Positions 28,010 through 36,704 of a DNA stretch of 64,000 nt are shown piece after piece (position 1 is the first letter of the stretch; each line of letters starts with the position of its first letter). This stretch comes from Acidobacteriota bacterium (GTDB lineage Bacteria > Acidobacteriota > UBA890 > WLXD01), in contig JAJCXS010000147.1 in NCBI GenBank assembly GCA_029263335.1, positions 2,682 through 66,681 of the forward strand, read 5' to 3'. Under the pieces are notes generated by a model that was not told the DNA's origin, made no database searches, and saw only the letters and a list, made by a program, of their open reading frames with translations. A program made the translations under genes and the position numbers.

Positions 28010-28719
28010 CGAATCAAACACTGGATAGCCTGATCTCTGACGTCGCGCACCAGCGCCAGCCTCATTGCACGCCTATCGAGATGCTCCACGCCTGGGTAAC
28101 GGGCCAGCTGTCCGAAGACCAGGCCGAGCACGTGCGGACCCATGTGGAAGAGTGTTCGTTCTGCTCGGCCGAGGCGCGGCTTGCGGGCTGGTTCGAGGAC
28201 CCGGCCGCCTCGCCGGCGGTGGACAATCTCGCCGCCCGATTGGCTGGCGGCCAACCACGAAGCGTGGTGCTCGAGTCCGCCGCCGACGTAGCGAGCACGA
28301 GTTGGCGATCGCCCCGGTGGCTGGTGATGGGTCTCGCCGCCGCGGCTACGGTGCTGCTCGTGGTTGGCGCGTACTCAGCGGCTCCGCCGGTGGTTCCCGA
28401 GCTCTTGGACGGACAGGTCGTGCGGGGTGGCACGGTGCATGTACTAGAACCACAGGGAGATGTTTCGGCGATACCCGAGCGCGTAATATGGGAGGGTGGC
28501 TCGGCCGACACGTACCGAGTCGAGTTGCTGGCTGTCGACGGCGAGATTCTGTGGCTGTCGAGTGCGGCGACGGTGGCGGAATTGCCGGCTACGGCCCAGG
28601 ACAAGCTCGAGCGCGGTGTCACCTACCGGGTACGCGTTACGCCGGTCGACAGCGACGGCGAGCTGCTGGGCCGGGCGACGGAAGCCGATTTCAGGATCGA
28701 GAGGCTCCAGATTGAATAG
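28006..28719 (+). CDS. zf-HC2 anti-sigma factor with TM and periplasmic beta domain
   Basis: ATGA overlap with the sigma gene; HVEECSFC zinc motif; TM WLVMGLAAAATVLLVVG. Confidence 0.82.
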   Translation: MTNQTLDSLISDVAHQRQPHCTPIEMLHAWVTGQLSEDQAEHVRTHVEECSFCSAEARLAGWFEDPAASPAVDNLAARLAGGQPRSVVLESAADVASTSWRSPRWLVMGLAAAATVLLVVGAYSAAPPVVPELLDGQVVRGGTVHVLEPQGDVSAIPERVIWEGGSADTYRVELLAVDGEILWLSSAATVAELPATAQDKLERGVTYRVRVTPVDSDGELLGRATEADFRIERLQIE

Positions 28720-28727
28720 AGCGTCAG

Positions 28728-30047
28728 TTGAATAGGGCGTTGGCGCGGCTACTGCTGACGGCAGTGCTGATGGTCAGCGGACTAGCCATCAGTCCGCCCG
28801 CGAAAGCCATGCGTCCGCCGCTTGTGCTGCGCGTGAACGACGTGGCTGGCAAGGCCGGCTCCATCGTGGCCGTCGTGCTGCGCACTACATCTGCGCGCCC
28901 GATCCGCCAGGGACGGATCTCTGTCCGACCACGTCGCCGCGCGAAGAATCGCCGCGAGTTCCGCGGGCCGTCGCCGTTCATCGGATTGCAGGACTACCGC
29001 GTGCTCTCTTCTGGCAGCAATGACCCACTGGCCGTGGGTGTCTTGCAGGATGACGCCAGGGGGCAGCGGGTTACCCTGCAGTTCACCTCCAACGGTGCTT
29101 CGGTGAATCGCACGGATGGAACGTTGGCGGTGCTCTATCTGCAGCTGCGGGACCGACTCAAGCCGGGCGATCAGTTCGCGCTCGAACTCGAGGACGTGGA
29201 ATTGCTGGACGTCAACGGGCTGCCGCTCCCGCTCGCCCCCTTGGCGGGAGTCTTGAAGGTGCAGGGTGCGCAACGAAAGGCCGAACTTACCGTTGATACG
29301 CGCGACGTAGAGCCGGGTGACGATGCCCGTTTCGGCATCCAGTCGCTGACGCCGCTCCCGCTCGGATCGGGCACCTTCGTGCTCAACTACGATCCCGCGG
29401 TTGCCGCCGAGACACCTCGTGTCTGGCTTAACAAGAAGCAGGGCTCGCGGCGGTCCTCGGTAGACACAAGCGTTCCCGGCAGAATCGAAGTTCAGTTCGA
29501 GTCGCCCGACGGCAACTTCAACGAGATTCCTGGCGAGATCCTCTCGGTCCGCATGGAGACGGTCAAGAACATTGCGCCGGGAAGCCGTGCCGCGATCACC
29601 TTCGACACCGCGGCGACGGTACTCCGCGATCCGGACGGAAACATCGTTCCCTTCCGGATGCGCAACGGTGTCCTGCGCTTTGTCGCGGATGACGACGACG
29701 ATGACGGAGACGACGATGGCGACGACGGCGACGACGGCGACGACGGTGACGACGGTGACGACGGCGATGATGATGACGACGGCGACGATGATGACGACGA
29801 CGATGAAGGGAAGTTTGACGCCATCGCGTTGACCGCCGACGTGGCCACCGGCTTGATCGGTCTGGCGGACGGTACGATCGTCTTGGCCCTGCCGCAGGTG
29901 CAGTGGGAGGACGGCGACTTCACCGACCTGGGTAGTCTCGCCACCGCGATACAGAGTGGTCTGACCGTTCGCGTCCGCGGGGAGGGGACGGCGAACGCCG
30001 AAGGCGCCATCGTGGCCACAGAAATTCGCGCTGAACTCAAAGACTGA
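28728..30047 (+). CDS. Secreted protein with two cohesin-like Ig domains, poly-Asp linker and C-terminal DUF5666-like domain
   Basis: Signal peptide; G.F.LNYDP...G.I.V.F cohesin-like pattern; D-rich tract; VRVRGEG...G.IVATEI.AE. Confidence 0.6.
   Translation: MNRALARLLLTAVLMVSGLAISPPAKAMRPPLVLRVNDVAGKAGSIVAVVLRTTSARPIRQGRISVRPRRRAKNRREFRGPSPFIGLQDYRVLSSGSNDPLAVGVLQDDARGQRVTLQFTSNGASVNRTDGTLAVLYLQLRDRLKPGDQFALELEDVELLDVNGLPLPLAPLAGVLKVQGAQRKAELTVDTRDVEPGDDARFGIQSLTPLPLGSGTFVLNYDPAVAAETPRVWLNKKQGSRRSSVDTSVPGRIEVQFESPDGNFNEIPGEILSVRMETVKNIAPGSRAAITFDTAATVLRDPDGNIVPFRMRNGVLRFVADDDDDDGDDDGDDGDDGDDGDDGDDGDDDDDGDDDDDDDEGKFDAIALTADVATGLIGLADGTIVLALPQVQWEDGDFTDLGSLATAIQSGLTVRVRGEGTANAEGAIVATEIRAELKD
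29688..29807 (+). repeat. GAC/GAT/GGC repeat encoding a (D)nG poly-Asp tract
   Basis: DDDDDDGDDDGDDGDDGDDGDDGDDGDDDDDGDDDDDDDE. Confidence 0.9.
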
Positions 30048-30092
30048 TCGCGGCGCACGGCTCTCAGCATGGGCAGGTGCGGAGCGCTCTGA

Positions 30093-32531
30093 CTAGATTC
30101 GTTGACGCCGGCGAGACCGGCTGGCGAGCCCGGCGCCGGCGAGAACCAGCAGTATCGTTGCGCCCAACTGAAAACGATACCGATGCCATAGCGGCAGACG
30201 CACCGGTTGAGCGTCGCCCACGACGAGGTAGGCCGCCCAGACGTCGGGACGGTTCCCGTAGCCGGCCGCAATGATACGGCGGCGAGCCTCGCGCAGAGCT
30301 TCTGACGCCGGTAGTCCACGCCCCAGAAAGTGATAGAACTGCTGCATGAAGGCGGCGGACTCGGCGTCCCCCACCGCCCATCGCGTGGCCACGACGGCCT
30401 CGGTTCCGGCGGCGATGAACGCACCGGTCAGGCTGTTGAAGGCATCTGCTGTGCGCCCGCCCGACAAGTCGACCGTGCTGCAGGCTGCCAGCACCGTGAG
30501 TTGAACGTCGATCGAGCCGAGCGCGATCTCCTCCTGTCGCAAGAGCCCATCACTGTCCGAAGTAGGGCTGAGCAGGATGGCGCTTGACCCCGGGTCGGAA
30601 TCGACGATGGCGTGCGCGGCGATGTGGAGAACGCTGGGTGATGTAGCGGCCAGTTGCCAGAATGCTCCCTCGGTGGCCTCCGCCCCGGTCCGGATACTCT
30701 CGCTACCACCGCCCAGTTGCCGCTCCGCATCGCGCACTTCGATACTGGCGTGGGGCAGCGGCGTGCTCCAGGTCTCCCAGAGACTGGAGGTCAGCCCCGC
30801 GGGCGCTACTGCGGGCCCGAGCGGCTGGGCCAGTGCCGCGAAGTTCCGAGCTTTGTGCGGCAGCGCAGTACGCGCCAGAAAAGAACCGCTTGGCCAATAG
30901 GTCAACGCCGCGTCGACGCCAAGAGGTCTCTCGGGCGTGCCCAGCATCGCGAAAGGCAGTCCATGCAGAAACCCGTCCGTTGCGATGTGTAGTCGGCTTG
31001 CCGGGGCCTCCGTGCCGACGAGACGCGTGCCGACACTGCGTCGCAGATCGAGCGCGGGCTCTCCGCGTTGAATGCGCGCGATCAACGTTCTGACCGACCG
31101 CTTCAGCGAGGTGGGTTCAGGTAGCGCGGTCACCTCAATCGAACCCGCACGAATCAGCCATCGCCAGGTGTCGTTCTCGTCGATGAAGTACTCGATCAGG
31201 GCCTCATCCTGGGCGAGGACTCCCTGAATCGTGTCCAGTCGCCGAACGCGGCGGCGTGTTTCCGGCTGCGGCAGAGCGTCGAGCAGACTCCGCGACTTGG
31301 CGCGTTGAATGACGTCGAAGGCGCGGGCGAACAGATGAGGTTCGTCAGTCAGCGCCCGCTCCGTCCATAGCCGATGCGCTGTCTCGTAGACCTCACGCTG
31401 AGAGTTGAGGAAGGTGGCGCGAAGCACCAGATCGGGGGCGCTGGCGCGACTTGTCTCCAGTAGCGCGAGGGCGGCTTCGAGATGACCGTCCACGTCGCCA
31501 TCGTTCCCCATCGCGTGCCGCAACCGGGCGAGGAGGGCGTGTGCCGACCACTGCGCGTCCGGGCTGCCAACCTCCTCGGCGACGGCAAGGGCAGCGGCTG
31601 CTGCTTCCAGGGCACGCCTGTTGTGACCCGCCGCCTCATAGCTCCGGGCCTGCTGATAGAGCGCCCGCGCCTCTTCGGGTCGATCGCGTTGTTGCCGTGC
31701 GATATCGATCGCCTCGGTGGCGTCGGCGATGCTGGCTTGGATGTCACCGCGGAGTCGCTGCGCGACGGCGCGATTAACGGCGATCGACGCGGCGGCGCCC
31801 TCGTCCGGCGCAAGGGAATCGAGTTCTCGCAGCGAGCGCCCTGGGTCGCCCAGTGCCGCATACAGAGCGGCGCGGTTGATGTGGATCTCCAGGCCATACT
31901 CGGGCAGCGTTGCGAGCGTGTCGTCATCGAGCAGATCGAAGGCTCCACGCAGGTCGCCGAGGTCCATCAGCAGAACGGCCCGATTGACGCGCGCGATCGC
32001 TACCTGTCGCTGGAACCACTCATCCTGGCTGTCCCGTGCGCGCTCCTCGACGGCTCGATATTGCTGCGAGGCGGCCCCGAATCGGCCGAGCTCGGTAAGC
32101 ACAGCCCCGAGGTTCGATCGCGTCATGGCTTCGAGCTCGGGCGAATCATCGGCCAGCGTGAGCGCAAGAGCTTCGCTCAGGGCTCGTTCGGCGGGTTCCA
32201 GTTCGCCCAGCGATTGCAGTGCCAGCGCGAGGTTGTTGCGGTTGTCCGCTACAAGTTCCGCTTCGCCATCATCGGCCAGCAGTTGCTCTGCCAGCCGGCA
32301 GCGGTCCAGTGCTTCCTGGTAACGCTCCAGGTCGACCAAGATCGCACAGGCGTTGTTGTGGGCGATCGCCTGATCGACGGGGTCCGCCAGTTCCTGTAAG
32401 GCGAGGTCGTACTCGCTCAGCGCCGCTTCGATATTGCCAGCGACATGAAGTTCGATGGCGTTGTCGAGACGCTCCACCTGCCCGGCAGGCAATAGCGCCA
32501 GGGCGCCGAGTGCCAGAGCCGGCAGGCTCAT
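30093..32531 (-). CDS. TPR-CHAT (caspase-like) protease with N-terminal signal and C-terminal TM anchor
   Basis: TPR repeats (NNLALAL, SNLGAVL); KSRSLLD; DGFLHGLPFA.L; catalytic VLHIAAH and VLAACST; W.VGD; D.WAA..VVGD; C-terminal hydrophobic segment + RRR. Confidence 0.88.
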   Translation of the reverse strand: MSLPALALGALALLPAGQVERLDNAIELHVAGNIEAALSEYDLALQELADPVDQAIAHNNACAILVDLERYQEALDRCRLAEQLLADDGEAELVADNRNNLALALQSLGELEPAERALSEALALTLADDSPELEAMTRSNLGAVLTELGRFGAASQQYRAVEERARDSQDEWFQRQVAIARVNRAVLLMDLGDLRGAFDLLDDDTLATLPEYGLEIHINRAALYAALGDPGRSLRELDSLAPDEGAAASIAVNRAVAQRLRGDIQASIADATEAIDIARQQRDRPEEARALYQQARSYEAAGHNRRALEAAAAALAVAEEVGSPDAQWSAHALLARLRHAMGNDGDVDGHLEAALALLETSRASAPDLVLRATFLNSQREVYETAHRLWTERALTDEPHLFARAFDVIQRAKSRSLLDALPQPETRRRVRRLDTIQGVLAQDEALIEYFIDENDTWRWLIRAGSIEVTALPEPTSLKRSVRTLIARIQRGEPALDLRRSVGTRLVGTEAPASRLHIATDGFLHGLPFAMLGTPERPLGVDAALTYWPSGSFLARTALPHKARNFAALAQPLGPAVAPAGLTSSLWETWSTPLPHASIEVRDAERQLGGGSESIRTGAEATEGAFWQLAATSPSVLHIAAHAIVDSDPGSSAILLSPTSDSDGLLRQEEIALGSIDVQLTVLAACSTVDLSGGRTADAFNSLTGAFIAAGTEAVVATRWAVGDAESAAFMQQFYHFLGRGLPASEALREARRRIIAAGYGNRPDVWAAYLVVGDAQPVRLPLWHRYRFQLGATILLVLAGAGLASRSRRRQRI

Positions 32532-32637
32532 CTGACCCTCCTGAGCGTAGGCGGCGATGCGATGCTTTGACGATATCAGAGCAGCGAGTGCCTACGGACG
32601 TAGCGGCCTGGGCGACCAACCTGCACCAACGGAGAAC

Positions 32638-32675
32638 GGGGCCGCACAGCGCCCCAACGGACGCTGTGCGACCCC
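32638..32675 (-). terminator. Hairpin downstream of the DUF5666 lipoprotein gene
   Basis: GGGGcCGCACAGCG...CGCTGTGCGaCCCC inverted repeat; no clear U-tract. Confidence 0.45.
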
Positions 32676-32710
32676 GATCTGTACGCCGACAGGAAGGTCC
32701 GGCGCTAGAT

Positions 32711-34117
32711 CTAATCGCGAATCTCGACACTCGCCTGTAGTTGCCAGGCGCTGCCATCCAGGAACGTACCGCTGACGGTCACGGTTGTCCTGTCACCATC
32801 TGATAGGTCGGCGACGAGCTGGATTGCGGCCGCCTTGGAGAACTCGGCTCTCAGGTCGCTTGAGCCGAAGCGGGTGTCGACGGGAGCGATGGACAGGCCG
32901 TTCCGGCCCATACGGATGCTGGCGACGTCGATCAGGCGCCAGTCGCCGTCATCGATGCGGACCTCGAGGGTGCTACCGCCGCTGCCGGAGTTGGACCCGG
33001 AGGCCCAGTCCAGACGCCACTCGTCCGGGTCGAGACGGAGGCTCATCAGATCGTCGTCGTCATCACCGTCGTCGTCATCATCGTCATCACCGTCGTCATC
33101 GTCGTCGTCACCGTCACCGTCATCGTCATCGTCATCGTCCGCGTCGTCATCATCATCGGCGTCGTCATCACCGTCGTCGTCATCACCGTCGTCGCCGCCG
33201 GTGTTGTCGGTTTCGGCCTTGATCGCGGTGGCCAGGATGCGGCCGTCAAGCTGCTCGTCGCCGTTGCCTTCAACGCGCGATGGCGTGCCGGCCGTCACGG
33301 CCTGATCCAGGGCGTCGAGCGAGAAGACGTCGCCAAGTCCGTCCCAGATCGTCGAGCTATCGACCACCACCGTAGTGCCATTCGTGAGCATGACGGAGCT
33401 GCCGGGCACGTTCACACTACCGACGGTACCGCTGAACTGCCGGGAGGTGCCGATGACCGTGTCGGTTTCGGCCTTGATCGTCGTGGCCAGAACGCGGCCG
33501 TCGAGCTGCTCGTTGCCGTCGCCCTCGATACGTGTTGGTGTGCCTGCCGCCACAGCTTGAGCCAGGGCGTCGAGCGACAAGATGTCGCCAAGTCCGTCCC
33601 AAACCGTCGTGGCGTCCACCACCACCGTCGTGCCGTCGGTGAGCTGGACAGAGCTGCCAGGCACATCGACGCTGCCGACAGCGCCGTCGAACTGCCGGGC
33701 GGCGCCGACAAACTCAGTGGTCTCTGCCTTGAGGTCGGTGGCAAGCAACGAGCCGTCGGCGCGCACGTTCGCGGTGCCTTCAATGCGGACGTCGGCGCCG
33801 CGGCCGAGCGCGTCATCTACCGCACCGAGGTCGAACACATCACCGAGAGCATCCCAGCGCGTCGTGCCGTCTACGAAGATCGACGTTCCCGTCGTCAGGA
33901 CCAGCGCAGAAGCGGCGCTGTCCACGCGAGCCACAGCGCCAGCGAAGGTCTGGCTTGCGCCGCCTCCGCCGGATGAGTCGTTGCCCGTCGAGGTGTTGCT
34001 CGAATTCAGGAGATCGAGGTTGGGGGCGGTAGGATCGCTCGATGCGCTACAGCCGACGAGGGACAGGATGCCCAGCATCAGGGCCAAGCGAACAGAGAGT
34101 TTAGGAGTGCGTGTCAC
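32711..34117 (-). CDS. Lipoprotein with three tandem DUF5666-like repeats and a poly-Asp linker
   Basis: GTG start with GGAG RBS; lipobox SLVGC; three ~85-aa repeats F.G.V..V...G...V...T.WD.LGD...R.EG...DG..LAT.IKAET. Confidence 0.78.
   Translation of the reverse strand: MTRTPKLSVRLALMLGILSLVGCSASSDPTAPNLDLLNSSNTSTGNDSSGGGGASQTFAGAVARVDSAASALVLTTGTSIFVDGTTRWDALGDVFDLGAVDDALGRGADVRIEGTANVRADGSLLATDLKAETTEFVGAARQFDGAVGSVDVPGSSVQLTDGTTVVVDATTVWDGLGDILSLDALAQAVAAGTPTRIEGDGNEQLDGRVLATTIKAETDTVIGTSRQFSGTVGSVNVPGSSVMLTNGTTVVVDSSTIWDGLGDVFSLDALDQAVTAGTPSRVEGNGDEQLDGRILATAIKAETDNTGGDDGDDDDGDDDADDDDDADDDDDDDGDGDDDDDDGDDDDDDDGDDDDDLMSLRLDPDEWRLDWASGSNSGSGGSTLEVRIDDGDWRLIDVASIRMGRNGLSIAPVDTRFGSSDLRAEFSKAAAIQLVADLSDGDRTTVTVSGTFLDGSAWQLQASVEIRD
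33051..33194 (-). repeat. Poly-Asp (D)n/G/A codon repeat
   Basis: DDGDDDDGDDDADDDDDADDDDDDDGDGDDDDDDGDDDDDDDGDDDDD. Confidence 0.9.
33205..33955 (-). repeat. Intragenic tandem repeat, ~255 bp period, three copies
   Basis: TTTCGGCCTTGATCG at 33211 and 33466; CCAAGTCCGTCCCA in both; a more diverged third copy follows. Confidence 0.85.
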
Positions 34118-34171
34118 GATGGAACTCCAGCTGCGGCTCTGGGATTGGTGGGAGCGGCCGTCAGGGGATAG

Positions 34172-34198
34172 GACACGCGATACGGCCGGGCCGGAACA
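34172..34198 (-). promoter_or_regulatory. Second copy of the putative ECF promoter (TGTTCC-N12-TCGCGTGTC)
   Basis: Minus strand TGTTCC ggcccggccgta TCGCGTGTC cta, ~55 nt upstream of the lipoprotein start. Confidence 0.6.
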
Positions 34199-34300
34199 CA
34201 AATCGACTGAACTGGAGGCATCCGGGGACAGCCCTGGCCACAGGCCTCGCCGCACAGGCAACCATGCAAGCGCTGCAGACAGCGTCGGTAGACGAACTCC

Positions 34301-36682
34301 CTACAGGGGAGCCAGTGTCAGCGTCGTATTGCCCATGCGCAACATCAGTTCACCGCTAGCGGAATCCACCGTGTACCAGGGGTGGCCATCGCCGCTGTCG
34401 GGCGAACCCAGCGTCATCATCTGCACGAACCAGCGGTGCAGCGTTTCGCCGAACGAGTCTTCGGGCAGCGTGGCGCGGTTGAAGCGATAGATCACACGTT
34501 GCAGCACGACTGCCGCGGGGCCGCTGATGCCACCCATGGCTTCGAACCATGTCTTGTCGAGCTTGAGGAAGAACTTGTGGTTGGTGGTGAAGAAGTCGCC
34601 CTGGTCCTCCCGCGAGGTCTTGAGCGGCACCCACCAGCGCCCTTCGAACTCCTCGGGCTCCTTGTCCTCGTCCACCTCGAAGCCAAGCTCCACAAAGCCG
34701 CGGAACACCGCGTTCTTCTTGACGTAGTCGCGAATGAGATCGGCGCTCACGTTCACGCGCTCGCTCAACGATTCAGCCGGGATCAGGCCGTCGTAGGTAG
34801 CGTCCTCGAACTCGAACCAGACATTGTTGGCGCTGAGCCGCATCTTCTCGGGTCCTTCGCGCAGCAGCTCCAGATCGCCGGTGATGTCGACCTCTGTATC
34901 GCCCACGCGGATCGTCTTGCCGCGCATTTCAGAGGGCAGAGTACAGACGAGGATTCTCGGACTCAGGGTGCGCGCAGGATCCTTGTTCGAAAGCACCAGG
35001 TCGATCCGGTTGGTCGGAGGTAGCGGGCTGCCTTGTTGGCAGGCCTGGCTGCTGTTCGAGAAGCACAGCAGATTGGCGGCGTCGGTGCTCAGGCTGAGCG
35101 ACTGCTCGGCCGGGTGCAGCGCCGCAGACCACTCGAAACCGCTCGTGTCGCCCGCCGTCAGGCCGAAGCTGGCCCGCAAGTAGAGCTGGTCTGGTTGGGC
35201 GGGCAGGTCGATGCTGATGCGCAGCGCCGATACTTCGGGTAGTTCGAAGCTCTCCGGGTCGGCGCAGTACGGGTCGCGGTCAACCGCGAAGGCGCCGCGC
35301 GCGGACAGCGACCAATGATCCGGAAAAGCGGGCGTGTCGGTGAAGCGCCTCCACGGATCGCGGTGCAGCAGGTGTTTGGCGTGGTCGTGCCAGTTGCCAT
35401 CCAAATCGATGGCAGCCAGCGCCGCCTGGTTGTTGCCCGACTGCAGATGGGCCTGGAGCACAGCCTGCACTCGATACAGGCCATCGGTCGCTTCGAGGTC
35501 GTGCCACAACATGTGCACCGGATACTCGAGCGTCATGATGCCCAGAGGTGCCTTCAGAAAGAAGGTGCGCATGGCGCGGTGATAGATGTTCTCGCCTGTG
35601 ACCGTCGACAGCGGATTCTGCCCAGTGACCTTCTTCGCGCCCCAGTCGGCGAGCGATTCCGTTAACCATCTGTACGGGGTCTCGAACGGCACCTGGCGTA
35701 GCTGGTAGTGGAACGCGTGGAACATCTCGTGGGCAAGCGTGTGGGCGCGGATCGATGACCACGGGGTGTTTGTGCCCGAGGACGCGGAGGTGGGGTCGAG
35801 GCTCATGTAGATGATCGACTTCCCAGGCCCTTGGTACTTGTGTACGCCGCCGGAGCTGGTTCCCGTGCCGGAGGCGATGGCCTCGGTGAAGGCGACCACG
35901 ATGCTCTCCGGTCCCAGAGCTGACGGCGAGGTCTGAAACAGAGCCAGGTAGCGCGACCAGGCTTCCTGGATCACCGGGATCGCCGCGTAGACCTCCGACT
36001 GCACCGCGATGGCGTTCAGGGCGCTCGTCGATTGCGGCCAGATCATCGTTACGTTCTGGTTGAGTTGCTGCCAACAATGCTGGGCCGCGGACGCCGTGAT
36101 CGCGTAACCGCTGACGTTGCCCGTTGGTGGAAACCACAGGCTTCCTTCCTGTGGACAGCTCTGCGCCGTTGCCGCGGAGACGCGCAGGGTCGCGAAGCTC
36201 GATGAGGCCAGGCTGGCGGCGGCTTGCGACCGCGTGCCCGGAGAGGATCGTGCGCCAGGAAAGAACGGGTGGTCGGGATGCCACCAGGGCAGGCGCCAGA
36301 TCCCCAGTTCCGCGTCTTCACGGTCCGTGATGTCGAGAATCGCCTCGATATCGTCGAGGACATGGTCCGATTCGGACTCTCCCTCGCCCAGGCGGTACCG
36401 GCTCGGTGGCGCCTCGCCCCAGCCGAAAGCGCGGTGCAACCGATAGCGAACGTACTCGCCTGGCGCAACGTCGCCCACGGACAGAGCTTCCTGCAGGAGC
36501 GCGGCGGTGGTCGGTTCGGGTTCGGCAGCGCGATCAAAGCCGCCGCCAGCGGCTTCGCCAAGAGGGTCCATCGAGATCGGCCAGTTCGGCCCCTCGGCCG
36601 CGGCACCGCAACCCGCGCCCAACCATGGAACGAGGACCATCCCTAACACTCCGATGCGGCGTAGCGGGTGCCGGTTTCTCAC
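34301..36682 (-). CDS. Lipoprotein zinc metallopeptidase (gluzincin-like)
   Basis: Lipobox LGAGC; LAHEMFHAF followed by WLTESLADW (third ligand Glu). Confidence 0.7.
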   Translation of the reverse strand: MRNRHPLRRIGVLGMVLVPWLGAGCGAAAEGPNWPISMDPLGEAAGGGFDRAAEPEPTTAALLQEALSVGDVAPGEYVRYRLHRAFGWGEAPPSRYRLGEGESESDHVLDDIEAILDITDREDAELGIWRLPWWHPDHPFFPGARSSPGTRSQAAASLASSSFATLRVSAATAQSCPQEGSLWFPPTGNVSGYAITASAAQHCWQQLNQNVTMIWPQSTSALNAIAVQSEVYAAIPVIQEAWSRYLALFQTSPSALGPESIVVAFTEAIASGTGTSSGGVHKYQGPGKSIIYMSLDPTSASSGTNTPWSSIRAHTLAHEMFHAFHYQLRQVPFETPYRWLTESLADWGAKKVTGQNPLSTVTGENIYHRAMRTFFLKAPLGIMTLEYPVHMLWHDLEATDGLYRVQAVLQAHLQSGNNQAALAAIDLDGNWHDHAKHLLHRDPWRRFTDTPAFPDHWSLSARGAFAVDRDPYCADPESFELPEVSALRISIDLPAQPDQLYLRASFGLTAGDTSGFEWSAALHPAEQSLSLSTDAANLLCFSNSSQACQQGSPLPPTNRIDLVLSNKDPARTLSPRILVCTLPSEMRGKTIRVGDTEVDITGDLELLREGPEKMRLSANNVWFEFEDATYDGLIPAESLSERVNVSADLIRDYVKKNAVFRGFVELGFEVDEDKEPEEFEGRWWVPLKTSREDQGDFFTTNHKFFLKLDKTWFEAMGGISGPAAVVLQRVIYRFNRATLPEDSFGETLHRWFVQMMTLGSPDSGDGHPWYTVDSASGELMLRMGNTTLTLAPL

Positions 36683-36704
36683 CGTTGCTCCTTCGATAGT
36701 GCGG

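Noticed and set aside
29688-33955. Repeats as a CRISPR array
   Set aside because: They are coding trinucleotide tracts and ~255-bp domain repeats, with no repeat-spacer structure and no cas genes.
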